A DNA stretch of 64,000 nt from Eubacteriales bacterium (GTDB taxonomy: Bacteria; Bacillota; Clostridia; Oscillospirales; QAKW01): the NCBI GenBank assembly GCA_045541455.1, contig JAZQJA010000019.1, forward strand, positions 22,387 through 86,386, read 5' to 3'. Made by a program: the position numbers and the translations under genes. The notes under the pieces are model-generated. The model did not search any database, was not told the origin of the DNA, and saw only the letters and a program-made list of their open reading frames with translations. This document shows positions 51,801 through 60,459 of the stretch, one piece after another (positions within the stretch are counted from its first letter, which is position 1; each line of letters starts with the position of its first letter).

Positions 51801-52361
51801 AACCAGTCCGGTCAGGGTATAATCCTCGGCGATGAAAAAGGCAACTTTAACGCATCTAACAATATGACAAGAAATGAAATCGCAGCTATTGCTGTAAGAC
51901 TTCTTGGAATAGATGCCACTCAGTATGCAAGCGTAAAACTTCCGTTTACCGATAAGATAGCAACTTGGGCAGAAAACTACATAAAAGCAGTTTATGCTCT
52001 TGGTATTATGGATGGCAGCAACGACAAAAACGGCAACCTCGTATTTGACGGACAGGGCACTACCACCCGTGCACAACTTGCAAAAATAATTGTTGGCATT
52101 TCATTTATGGATAACGGTATTGCACAGACACCCGAAGCATACTACGAGGCAAATAAGGCAACTGTAGATAATTACTACAACACTCTTAACTTCGCAGATG
52201 AAGATTCAGTTCAAAACTGGGCAAAACCGTATATGAGACTTGCAGTCTTTGCTAAATATTTCAGCGGTTCTGCTGATAACGGTAAAAATCTTATTAGAGG
52301 TAAAGATAACATCAAACGTTCAGAAATTGCATCTGTTGTTGTTAATTACCTCGGTCTGTAA
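48900..52361 (+). CDS. large cell-surface protein with C-terminal SLH domains
   Basis: signal peptide; Asn-rich beta-helix-like region; cadherin-like repeats (AEDG); SLH motifs IPGWA..TRNE, TTRAQ, KRSE. Confidence 0.85.
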   Translation: MSKTKRLLAVFLAVLMVMSSVSVVAFAEDTVDAPIFADVYSSEAENYGVQLKNTAYLVDAGAAAYGNGDWYITEWEGFNYAFKVGTNVFASIDAALAAAAKAEIAVPQIMLSAGVYGDLSINQNVQFFGPKWNVNPNVKSASGTEPFTLNPAWESDNAVIYTLFIANKFDEGKGDYITPSLNFSLFGVEIQGRVVDAYRPDCDDPANYKFGNILMNHTAAGTSSSIASKVASVGSFTFVTTRTYYTFNFENRRVKLGDGAADEAVFYNLRLQNMSVDRFIGEYIPAKTTFDGLYFDATPYKNVSYIKIGTNFEDGALTFKNSCFVNSNTAKRPIDVEGYNKANYGTRKMLLNITDNLFYNVCQTTYDLRFYSNSFSSIKIEGNTAVNSGAALENALAFLNIYDYSGSKKYPANASNVSYKNNRFFGFKNFNFTGGASGKTDATGIYVSEKYSPDWQTNPDFIGNGVAPTGNVTYTYYNKNAVMLPDSIEVENATLNGDTYTVTAPAGLTYTPVVKDTTAGRSGVNAIYKLYASDENFSNADSFEDSEQLSQIEFNSAKSYNILAITSPDGLCKKIYKLVACKANSGLKLDSVSGGAGSTCTDDTVRYELKTARDEENITVSIAPIAGATITGIVNNATGEAVTHTNGVFNIKLDLGESIEYKVGLSGQGTTDSVFVNVTRAYSDACELVGVTGLTNNAGTYTASVDYNTTEYAFTVQLPLYAKAALYQGSSVFTADENGKITARRLATGDNVFTLGILAEDGKTLNNIDVVITRAKNNAAEVLDITNAKKVDGGYTVTVTDPFEIKAVVSQGATYKIYSDAACTNEISSTVEAKDGVYYIVATSEDGSNNSAVVKLTVVKLSETLSVEGAVADKDNDKLLVLTLAKDLKETTLNVISSVPYELYADKNLTVKSGAKIALSQGTTYIYAKVTTTGVVYTIAIVSDRSVVNYTDAASIPGWAQSAITKLNQSGQGIILGDEKGNFNASNNMTRNEIAAIAVRLLGIDATQYASVKLPFTDKIATWAENYIKAVYALGIMDGSNDKNGNLVFDGQGTTTRAQLAKIIVGISFMDNGIAQTPEAYYEANKATVDNYYNTLNFADEDSVQNWAKPYMRLAVFAKYFSGSADNGKNLIRGKDNIKRSEIASVVVNYLGL

Positions 52362-52376
52362 ATAGAAATAACATTT

Positions 52377-52406
52377 AAAAAAGCCTGCTTTTCAGCAGGC
52401 TTTTTT
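52377..52406 (+). terminator. intrinsic terminator
   Basis: AAAAAAGCCTGCT-TTTC-AGCAGGCTTTTTT. Confidence 0.9.
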
Positions 52407-52472
52407 GTGGGTAAAAATATTTTTTATATAAGGTTTTGCGGTTAAAAATATTTTGTAGGAAATGGGAAAATT

Positions 52473-53351
52473 ATGAATTGTAATTTATGTCCGCGCGGTT
52501 GTAATGTAAATCGTGCAACAACCGTCGGGCGCTGTGGAGTAAGTGAGATTATTACTGTTTCACGCGCCGCTTTGCATAAATGGGAAGAGCCGTGTGTGTC
52601 CGGAACAAACGGCTCTGGAACAATATTCTTTTCAGGTTGTCCGCTTGGCTGTGATTTTTGCCAAAACTTTTCTATCTCCAATAAGGTTGTAGGCAAACAA
52701 ATACAGCCAAACCGCCTGTATGATATAATGTTTGAATTAAAATCAAACGGTGCACATAATATAAACCTTGTTACTGCCGACCATTTTGCTTTACAACTTG
52801 CGCCTGTTATAAAAAGGGCAAAGCAAGACGGACTTGGCATTCCGGTGGTTTTAAATACATCTTCGTACATTACAAAAAGTACACTTTCATTGCTTGACAG
52901 TTTTATTGATGTGTATCTTGCCGACTTTAAGTTTATGTCACCTGCGCTTTCACAAAAATACTGTGCTGCACCGGATTATCCCGATGTTGTAAAAGAATCG
53001 ATAGATTTTATGGTGCAGCACCATAAAAAACCCATCTTTGAAAACGGGTTGATTAAAAGTGGTGTTATAGTGCGTGTGCTTATAATGCCAAATAATCTTA
53101 TAGATGCAAAACGGATTATAAAATATCTTTGCGACCGCTACGGCGATAAAATAATAATATCTGTTATGAGCCAGTATACGCCAATGCCAAACTGTAAACA
53201 CACCGAACTTTCACGGCCTATTAATGAGTGCGAGTATACCAGCATAAAAAAATACCTCGCCTCTTTTGATATTAAATACGGATATTTACAAGAGTTTGGC
53301 TCAAACGGAACAAAATATATTCCTGATTTTTCAAATTTTGAAGGAGTTTAA
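52473..53351 (+). CDS. radical SAM protein, PflX-like
   Basis: CNLCPRGC, HKWEEPC, CPLGCDFC, GAHNINLVT, MSQYTP. Confidence 0.85.
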   Translation: MNCNLCPRGCNVNRATTVGRCGVSEIITVSRAALHKWEEPCVSGTNGSGTIFFSGCPLGCDFCQNFSISNKVVGKQIQPNRLYDIMFELKSNGAHNINLVTADHFALQLAPVIKRAKQDGLGIPVVLNTSSYITKSTLSLLDSFIDVYLADFKFMSPALSQKYCAAPDYPDVVKESIDFMVQHHKKPIFENGLIKSGVIVRVLIMPNNLIDAKRIIKYLCDRYGDKIIISVMSQYTPMPNCKHTELSRPINECEYTSIKKYLASFDIKYGYLQEFGSNGTKYIPDFSNFEGV

Positions 53352-53353
53352 AA

Positions 53354-54163
53354 ATGCTCAGTTGCCCGGTATGTAAAATGCCGCTTACAGCGGTAGATAA
53401 ATGTTATAAATGCCAAAATGGTCACAGTTTCGATATTGCACGGCAGGGTTATGTAAATCTTCTGCCGTTTGGTAAAACTCAGCACGGTGATGATAAAATG
53501 ATGGCAAGCGCACGCCGTGACTTTTTATCAACTGATAGTTATCTTTTGCTTGCAAACGCTATTTGCGATATGCTTGGTAATTCAAAACGGATTGTTGATA
53601 TAGGTTGCGGTGAATGTTATTATCTCGAAAAAATTGTAAAGCATATAAATTGTGATAATATCAAGGCAATAGGTCTTGATATTTCAAAAGAAATTCTTAA
53701 AGTTGCATCGCCGCGAATTAAACAAAATGGTATAGTTGCCGCTGTCGCAAATTGTAGTGCACTGCCTATTTGTGATAACTCGGTAGATTTTGCACTGTCT
53801 GTGTTTGCACCTTTTAATGAAAGCGAGGTCCATCGCATTTTAAAAGACGGCGGTATATTTGTCAGGGTTATTCCTGCCCCAGACCATCTTTTTGAACTAA
53901 AAAATGCAGTTTACCAAACCCCTTATAAAAATGATAACCTTGAAACAAATCTTGCTCTTTTTGAAACCGAAAAAATTCAAAACCTAAGATATATTTTTAC
54001 CCTTAATAACACACAGCAAATAAAAAACCTTTTTACAATGACACCGTATTATTATAAAACTTCACCCGATGATATGTTGAAACTTGATAGTATAAACAGC
54101 CTTGATATCACGGCGGATTTCTTCATTATTAAATATATTAAAAAAAGCGATCTTAAAATCTAG
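53354..54163 (+). CDS. rlmA: RlmA-like 23S rRNA m1G methyltransferase
   Basis: Zn finger CPVC...C..GHSFD, QGYVNL, DIGCGE, MTPYYY. Confidence 0.85.
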   Translation: MLSCPVCKMPLTAVDKCYKCQNGHSFDIARQGYVNLLPFGKTQHGDDKMMASARRDFLSTDSYLLLANAICDMLGNSKRIVDIGCGECYYLEKIVKHINCDNIKAIGLDISKEILKVASPRIKQNGIVAAVANCSALPICDNSVDFALSVFAPFNESEVHRILKDGGIFVRVIPAPDHLFELKNAVYQTPYKNDNLETNLALFETEKIQNLRYIFTLNNTQQIKNLFTMTPYYYKTSPDDMLKLDSINSLDITADFFIIKYIKKSDLKI

Positions 54164-54184
54164 TGCTTTTAAGGTCGCTTTTTT
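54141..54184 (+). terminator. intrinsic terminator
   Basis: AAAAAAGCGATCTTAAAA-loop-TTTTAAGGTCGCTTTTTT. Confidence 0.8.
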
Positions 54185-54268
54185 ATGTGAAACAACAAGG
54201 TTTTGTGGTACCCGCCTGCAATTTTAATTGAGGGCGGGTAGGGTTGTTGTTTCCAATTTTTAAACATT

Positions 54269-54319
54269 TTGTTATAACAACCGTTTTTATTGACAAAAAG
54301 GCGGTTAGTGTTGTAATAT
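54269..54319 (+). promoter_or_regulatory. promoter and palindromes upstream of SPFH/P1B operon
   Basis: TTGTTATAACAA palindrome 54269-54280; TTGACA 54290-54295; TAATAT 54314-54319. Confidence 0.55.
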
Positions 54320-54371
54320 TAGTATATTAATAGTGTAAGTATACCCTTTTTACAAAAGGTGAGGAGAATAA

Positions 54372-56147
54372 ATGAATAAAACCGATAAAAAAATTGATAA
54401 ATTACGGCAAGTTAGTATAGTAGCAACCTCATGTCTGTTTGCTGTGGCACTTGTACTTTTTGCGCTTTGGTTTGTGTCAAGGGTTATGACAGTGTTGCTT
54501 ATTTGTCTGTCTGTTTCACTTTCAGCATTTGTAAATGTTGTGTTGCTGTTTAAACCCAAAAATACAGTTGCAGTACAGCAGGAAAAACAGACAATGCAGC
54601 ATAAAAATGTATTTGTGCGTTTTATAAAATCCGTGTGCAACGGTATTTGCCGTGTATTAAAAAGCGTTTTACAATTTTGTAAAACCAAACGTTTTGCAGT
54701 AACAGCAGCGCTTGTATTAATTTTTGAAATTGCTGTAAACACAGGCTTTTGGTTTGCTGTTAAAAAGCTGGTCGGCAATCATTCTTCGGGTTTTTATTTG
54801 CCTGTTGCTTTGCTTGTGTTGTTTGTTATACTTATCGTTGTCGACAAATGGTGTAAACATTCGTCGCTAGAAGGCGGAGATGACTATTTTAAAGCAATAA
54901 TACATAATCTTCGTTCGGCAATCGCGCTTGCAAAAATTATGCTTGTAATTTGCGCGGCTGTTGTAACCGTTTGTATGGTAGGCATTGTTGATTTGCATAG
55001 AATTTCTATATGGATAATATGTTTATTGTTTGTCTATCAAACGGTGTTTATATTAGTATCGTTATCAGTGCGTTTGCTGCGCCGCGAGCTTGATACAATT
55101 CCGGATATTTCAGTGCCGATGTTAGGCCTTGGCGGAGCAGACCTCGGCGTTATTACATATCTTGAAAAAAATACCGGAATTACAATGCGTTCGCTTTGGA
55201 GTATACGGCTTATTAAAAAAATAATACCTTATACAGTATTATCGGTTGTTTTACTTTTATGGCTGTCAACGGGCATTGTACTTGTTCAGTCTAATGAAGA
55301 GGGCGCACTGTACCGCCTTGGAAAACTTGACACAGACAGCTTAAAGCCGGGAATACATTTTACTTTTCCGTGGCCTATAGATAAAGTAGAGGTTTATGAT
55401 ACTAAAAGCGTAAACGAACTTACAGTGGGCTATCTTGCAACCGACTCGGTTGATAATTTGTGGACTGAGGCGCATGGGAATAACGAGTATAAATTACTTG
55501 TAGGTGGCGGCGAAGAGGTTGTGTCAATCAACCTTCGTGTTCAGTATGTTATAAGCGATCTTTATGATTATCTGAAAAATTCAACTGCCCCCAAATCACT
55601 GTTAGAGTCGGCGGCTTACCAAACGGTAACTGAAAATACCATAACGTCTGACCTTGACACTCTGCTTGCGGCAGATCGTGAAGTCCTTTCCGAAACCTTC
55701 CATGACGGGTTTGAAAATCGTATTGAAAAATATAATACAGGACTTGATATTGTCAGTGTAGTTGTTGAAAGTATACATCCGCCTGTAGAAATTGCCTCGT
55801 CATATCAGGGAATAATCAGTGCAAATATCGACGCTGAAAAACTTTTATTGCAGGCTCAGGCATTGGCAGGTGTTACGCTGTCCGAAGCGGAACGTGCGAA
55901 AGAAACTGCAATTAATGAGGCAACTGCTCAAAATCATGAAAAAATAGCTGCGGCAAAATCGTCGGTTGCACAGTTTATGGCAAGTGCACAAGCAGACGAC
56001 GCTTACGGTAGCGACTATAGATTTTATAAATATCTCGAAGCACTCAAAAAGGCGTATTCAAATGCAAAACTTGTAATTGTCGGTGACGGTATTGACGAGT
56101 CGAGTATTTATATCGGTAATGTTACCGATGGCAAAAGTGCACAGTAA
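54372..56147 (+). CDS. HflK-like SPFH protein with large multi-TM N-terminal extension
   Basis: several TM helices then EEGALYRLG, PGIHFTFPWPIDKV, IHPP.E, Ala-rich coiled coil. Confidence 0.8.
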   Translation: MNKTDKKIDKLRQVSIVATSCLFAVALVLFALWFVSRVMTVLLICLSVSLSAFVNVVLLFKPKNTVAVQQEKQTMQHKNVFVRFIKSVCNGICRVLKSVLQFCKTKRFAVTAALVLIFEIAVNTGFWFAVKKLVGNHSSGFYLPVALLVLFVILIVVDKWCKHSSLEGGDDYFKAIIHNLRSAIALAKIMLVICAAVVTVCMVGIVDLHRISIWIICLLFVYQTVFILVSLSVRLLRRELDTIPDISVPMLGLGGADLGVITYLEKNTGITMRSLWSIRLIKKIIPYTVLSVVLLLWLSTGIVLVQSNEEGALYRLGKLDTDSLKPGIHFTFPWPIDKVEVYDTKSVNELTVGYLATDSVDNLWTEAHGNNEYKLLVGGGEEVVSINLRVQYVISDLYDYLKNSTAPKSLLESAAYQTVTENTITSDLDTLLAADREVLSETFHDGFENRIEKYNTGLDIVSVVVESIHPPVEIASSYQGIISANIDAEKLLLQAQALAGVTLSEAERAKETAINEATAQNHEKIAAAKSSVAQFMASAQADDAYGSDYRFYKYLEALKKAYSNAKLVIVGDGIDESSIYIGNVTDGKSAQ

Positions 56148-56160
56148 CGGAGGTAAGCAA

Positions 56161-57240
56161 ATGTTTAAAAAAATAAAACAAAAAGATGCTCTGCAAAATA
56201 CAGAGACCAGAGCAAAAAAATTAAATACTCAACTTATTGCAAAAATTGCTAAATATGTAACCGCATCACTTGTAGTACTTGTACTTTTGTGGTTTGGCTT
56301 TACAACTGTTGTCAAAGAGGGCAGCTGCGCTGTTATTTTACGTTTTGGAGCTGTACGTGAAGAAATTACCGATGCCGGACTATATCTTAAATTGCCGTGG
56401 CCTTTCGAAACGGTTGTAAATTATGATTCGCGACTTCAGTATCTTGAATCAAATCAACTTGAAACTACTACTAAAGATAAACGTAATGTTATAATTCAGT
56501 CGTATGTTGTTTGGCAAATTGACAATCCTGTTTTGTACCATAACAGCGTTGGTGCAAAAGGTTCTGTTGATTCGTATATCAAAGACCAGGTATTTAGTGC
56601 AACAAACAGTACAATGGGCGGCTATGAACTCAAATCTCTTGTTTCACTTGAAAAAGAAGAAATAAAAATAGACGAAATACAAAACGAAATATACACACGT
56701 GTTTATGACAATTGTAAGTCGAATTACGGTATAGAGGTATCTGATGTTAGTATATTGCGTTTGTTGTTGCCCGACACCAACCTTGACAGCGTGTTTGAAC
56801 AGATGCGTGCAGACAGACAAAAAGATATTGATATAATTATTTCCAACGCCACCACCGAAGCTAAAAAGATTACAACAGCAGCAGATGCTGAGGCGGCAAA
56901 AATAAAGGCAGAAGGTGTTACTCAGGCAGCCCAAATTAAAGCTCAGACCGAAACAGATGTTGCAAAAATTTACGCAGAAGCACAGGCTGCTAATATTGAA
57001 CTATATAAGTTTCTTACAAACCTTGATACAGTTGTTGCATCTGTAAATGACAGTTCGGTTTTAGTTGTTAAAGCAGACGAATATCCATTCAGTGTACTTA
57101 GTGAGTATTCAAATAATATGGAGATAGAGGGCAACGAAACTGTTATTAAAGATTTAAACTATATTTTAACTCAACTTCCCGAAAATGACCGTACCGCGCT
57201 TGTTGATGCAATGAGTGAACTTATCGCACTCAGTGCTTAA
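56161..57240 (+). CDS. HflC-like SPFH protein
   Basis: AVILRFG, GLYLKLPWPF, TKDKRN, YGIEV.DV, VFEQMRADR. Confidence 0.8.
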   Translation: MFKKIKQKDALQNTETRAKKLNTQLIAKIAKYVTASLVVLVLLWFGFTTVVKEGSCAVILRFGAVREEITDAGLYLKLPWPFETVVNYDSRLQYLESNQLETTTKDKRNVIIQSYVVWQIDNPVLYHNSVGAKGSVDSYIKDQVFSATNSTMGGYELKSLVSLEKEEIKIDEIQNEIYTRVYDNCKSNYGIEVSDVSILRLLLPDTNLDSVFEQMRADRQKDIDIIISNATTEAKKITTAADAEAAKIKAEGVTQAAQIKAQTETDVAKIYAEAQAANIELYKFLTNLDTVVASVNDSSVLVVKADEYPFSVLSEYSNNMEIEGNETVIKDLNYILTQLPENDRTALVDAMSELIALSA

Positions 57241-57256
57241 TGGAGGGATAAGGCGT

Positions 57257-58198
57257 ATGAAGAAAAAAACACTTTTTGCCGATATTCTCGAAACGGTAAC
57301 ACGGTATTTCATTGTACTTGTTATAGCGGTTGTTATCTTTATTCTCTGCTCAGGTATAAGGATAATAGAAAGCGGTAACCTTGCGGTTATTCTCCGTTGC
57401 GGAAAACTGGTCGGCGATACCTATGAAGAACAGGTTCATAAACCGGGCTTGCTGTTTGCATTTCCGTATATTATAGATGAAGTAATTATCGTTCCTACCG
57501 GCAGTGTTATAGAACAAACGGTGTCAACTTATTACACACCTGTAGGTACTGCTACTGTCGAAGCGGATAGCTACCTTATGACAGGGGATAACAATATTGC
57601 AGTTATCTCTGCTTCAGCCAAATATACTGTTTCCGACCCTGTTAAATATGCACTCAATGTAAAAGATATCAAGTCGGTTATAAATGCCTGCGTTAGTAAT
57701 GCAATGCTTACAAAGGCAGCAGGTATCGGTGTTGACAGTTTGCTTACAGACGGTAAAGATGCATATTCAAAAGATGTTATAGCACTTGCCGAGCAAAAAC
57801 TTGAAAATGCAGGTGTCGGTATTACTTTAACTTCGATTGAACTTACACATGTTGCAATGCCCGAGGAGGTACGCGCTACCTATGAGCAGGTAAACTCTGC
57901 TACTGTTCAGGCATCTACAACTATTGAACAGGCAAACCAGTATAAAGAAAAAACCATTCCCGAGGCTCAAGCGGCGGCAGCAACAACTGTTTCTGATGCG
58001 AATACACAATATTCAACATCTGTTGCAGCAGCAAACGATGCACTTGCAGAGTTTTGGGGTGTACTTGAAGAGTATAAACAAAATCCGGATGAAGTCCGTA
58101 CCCGTATTTACTCTCAAAAATTAAGTGAGTTTATGAATAAAATCGGTACTGTCCGTGTCGTGCAGGACGGTGAAACGAAGATATTTCTCAACCCGTGA
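57257..58198 (+). CDS. second HflK-like SPFH protein
   Basis: PGLLFAFPYIIDEV, LMTGDNN, PEEV...YEQV, EYKQNPDEVRTRIY. Confidence 0.8.
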   Translation: MKKKTLFADILETVTRYFIVLVIAVVIFILCSGIRIIESGNLAVILRCGKLVGDTYEEQVHKPGLLFAFPYIIDEVIIVPTGSVIEQTVSTYYTPVGTATVEADSYLMTGDNNIAVISASAKYTVSDPVKYALNVKDIKSVINACVSNAMLTKAAGIGVDSLLTDGKDAYSKDVIALAEQKLENAGVGITLTSIELTHVAMPEEVRATYEQVNSATVQASTTIEQANQYKEKTIPEAQAAAATTVSDANTQYSTSVAAANDALAEFWGVLEEYKQNPDEVRTRIYSQKLSEFMNKIGTVRVVQDGETKIFLNP

Positions 58199-58207
58199 GG
58201 TGATTAA

Positions 58208-60130
58208 ATGGAAAATATAGATAATATGGGCCGCAACACTTTAGAGTCGCTGTCCCGTGATAACCTTACGGAATCGGGCAGAAAAAAACTCACCCGTGAA
58301 ATCCTCTTTGGCGGTGCAACTATCGCTTGCCTTGCGGTAGGACTTATATATACATATATTCTTCGCGGCAAGTATGAAATTGTGCCTCAACTATTCTATT
58401 TTATTGGCTTTTTAATTGAAGGCATTCCGGTAATTGTAGCAGGCGTTAAAGGTATATTTACAAAAAACCTAACAAATGCGATGGAAATTTTGGTTGCTAT
58501 TGCAATTATTGCTTGTGTATTTAATAAAGACCTTATACTAGCGCTTCTTATTCCGCTCATACTAAATGCTGTGCATCTTCTTGAAGAACGCAGCATAATG
58601 GGAAGCCGCGATGTTATTGAGGGCTTGAAACAAATGCAACAAAACACCGCTATTTTGCTTGACGGTGATAAAGAGATTACAGTTGATGCAAAGACATTAA
58701 AAATAGGACAGCAAATTGTTGTAAAACCCGGTTCTGTTATAGCAATTGACGGTGTTGTGGTAAGCGGTGAAACAAATATCGACCAAAAATCTCTCACCGG
58801 TGAACCTCAGCCTGCACATGCAGTTGTTGGGGACGATGTTTATGCAGGTACAGTAAACCTTGACGGTAGAATTGTTGTTGAAGTAAAAAAAGAGTATGTA
58901 GATACTTCTTTCTCAAAAATATTAAATCTTTTAGAAAAAAGCGAATCAATTTCAATTCCCGAATCAAGACTTATAGATAGGTTTCTTAGTTATTACATCC
59001 CGTTTGTTCTTGCCGTATCAGCGGCTGTGGCGCTTGTGAGTGCAGATATTTCCAAGGCAATAGCAATTTTGGTTGTATCCTGCCCGTGCGGTCAAATGCT
59101 GGTAAGTTCTGCACCTATGATTGCGGCTCTGTCAATGGCTACAAAGCGTGGTGTACTTATAAAAAATTCCAAGTTTGTAGAAATTCTAACCGAAATAAAT
59201 ACTGTTGTGTTTGATAAAACCGGAACTGTTACAAAAGGTGAACTGTCACTTACTGAGATAGTTCCTTTCGGTGATGAAACCCCTAAAAGTTTGCTTGATA
59301 TGGCGGTATCGGTCGCTGTTGGCTCAACTCATCCCATTTCACGCGCTGTTAAAGATTATGTTGGCACAGATAAAGCCGCAGTTAAACTTGATGTGCGTGA
59401 GGTTTTCGGCGGCGGTGTAGAGGGAATTAGCGTAGACGGCAAAACAATTTTACGCTTTGGCAGACGCGAATGGATTGCAGAGTGCGGTTGCCAAATTCCG
59501 CCTGATTTTGCTGTCAATCTGTCGGGTAGTGTTAGCCTTGTTTCCTGTAATAATAAACTTATCGGCGCACTCTCGTTTAATGATACTTTGCGTGAAAATG
59601 CAAAAGAGAGCATAAGTGCCCTTCACAGTATCGGTGCTGACCGTACTGTAATGCTTACAGGCGACCGCGATGAACCTGCTCAGATAATTGCAGAAAATGC
59701 CGGCATAGATGAGGTATATGCACGCTTGCTTCCTCAGGATAAACTTGATAAACTTCGTTTGCTTAGAAGCGACGAGCAAACAAAAATTCTTGCTGTCGGT
59801 GACGGTATTAATGATGCACTGGCACTGCGTGAGGCAGATGTAGGTATTGCTATGGGTGCAATGGGTTCTGACCTTGCTATCGAATCGGCTGACATTGCAC
59901 TTATGAACAATAACCTTTTAAATATACCGTTTGTTATAAAACTTGCCCGTAAGACAAAAAGCATAATTTATCAAAACCTTGCCCTTTCTGTCTGTATAAG
60001 TGCATTTATGATTGCACTGTCAGCGTTTGGTATTATAACACCGCTTGCAGGGTCAATTTTGCATAACTTCGGCGCATTTGTAGTTCTTATAAACAGTTCG
60101 CGTATTTTAAAGTCAAACTTTGATGAGTAA
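58208..60130 (+). CDS. heavy-metal P1B-type ATPase without N-terminal metal-binding domain
   Basis: LTGE, SCPC, DKTGT, HP, TGD, GDGINDA, QN and HN in the last TMs. Confidence 0.9.
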   Translation: MENIDNMGRNTLESLSRDNLTESGRKKLTREILFGGATIACLAVGLIYTYILRGKYEIVPQLFYFIGFLIEGIPVIVAGVKGIFTKNLTNAMEILVAIAIIACVFNKDLILALLIPLILNAVHLLEERSIMGSRDVIEGLKQMQQNTAILLDGDKEITVDAKTLKIGQQIVVKPGSVIAIDGVVVSGETNIDQKSLTGEPQPAHAVVGDDVYAGTVNLDGRIVVEVKKEYVDTSFSKILNLLEKSESISIPESRLIDRFLSYYIPFVLAVSAAVALVSADISKAIAILVVSCPCGQMLVSSAPMIAALSMATKRGVLIKNSKFVEILTEINTVVFDKTGTVTKGELSLTEIVPFGDETPKSLLDMAVSVAVGSTHPISRAVKDYVGTDKAAVKLDVREVFGGGVEGISVDGKTILRFGRREWIAECGCQIPPDFAVNLSGSVSLVSCNNKLIGALSFNDTLRENAKESISALHSIGADRTVMLTGDRDEPAQIIAENAGIDEVYARLLPQDKLDKLRLLRSDEQTKILAVGDGINDALALREADVGIAMGAMGSDLAIESADIALMNNNLLNIPFVIKLARKTKSIIYQNLALSVCISAFMIALSAFGIITPLAGSILHNFGAFVVLINSSRILKSNFDE

Positions 60131-60150
60131 TATTATCAGGAGATAATCTG

Positions 60151-60432
60151 GTGGATACTTTTTTAAAACTGCAACGTCTTACAGACCTTGCTAAATCTGA
60201 TGATAAGTTGCGCAAAAAACTTATTGATACAACAAATAATCCCGAACCGCTTCTCAGTTTTTGTAATGTAGCAGGGGATGTGGGTATTAAACTTTGTATT
60301 GGTGAATTATTTGCTCTCGGTCAGGAATATTCAGATAATCAATGTAAAAGTACTAACGGCGGAAATCCGTCGCCATACGAAAGTTTTGACGATACCTACG
60401 AAAACTTTATAGCATCAATAAAAAAGACTTAA
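60151..60432 (+). CDS. small hypothetical protein
   Basis: GTG after AGGAG, 93 aa, 20 bp after ATPase stop, before terminator. Confidence 0.7.
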   Translation: MDTFLKLQRLTDLAKSDDKLRKKLIDTTNNPEPLLSFCNVAGDVGIKLCIGELFALGQEYSDNQCKSTNGGNPSPYESFDDTYENFIASIKKT

Positions 60433-60457
60433 CGACTTTTAGTCGTTAAGTCTTTTT
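60421..60457. terminator. bidirectional terminator
   Basis: AAAAAGACTTAACGACT-TTT-AGTCGTTAAGTCTTTTT. Confidence 0.9.
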
Positions 60458-60459
60458 CT

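Noticed and set aside
21566-57256. Longer N-termini given by the ORF track for hisIE, glyQS, yidD, putP, ATPase F and two SPFH genes
   Set aside because: They overlap upstream genes or promoters; downstream starts with SD sequences or family-typical N-termini were used
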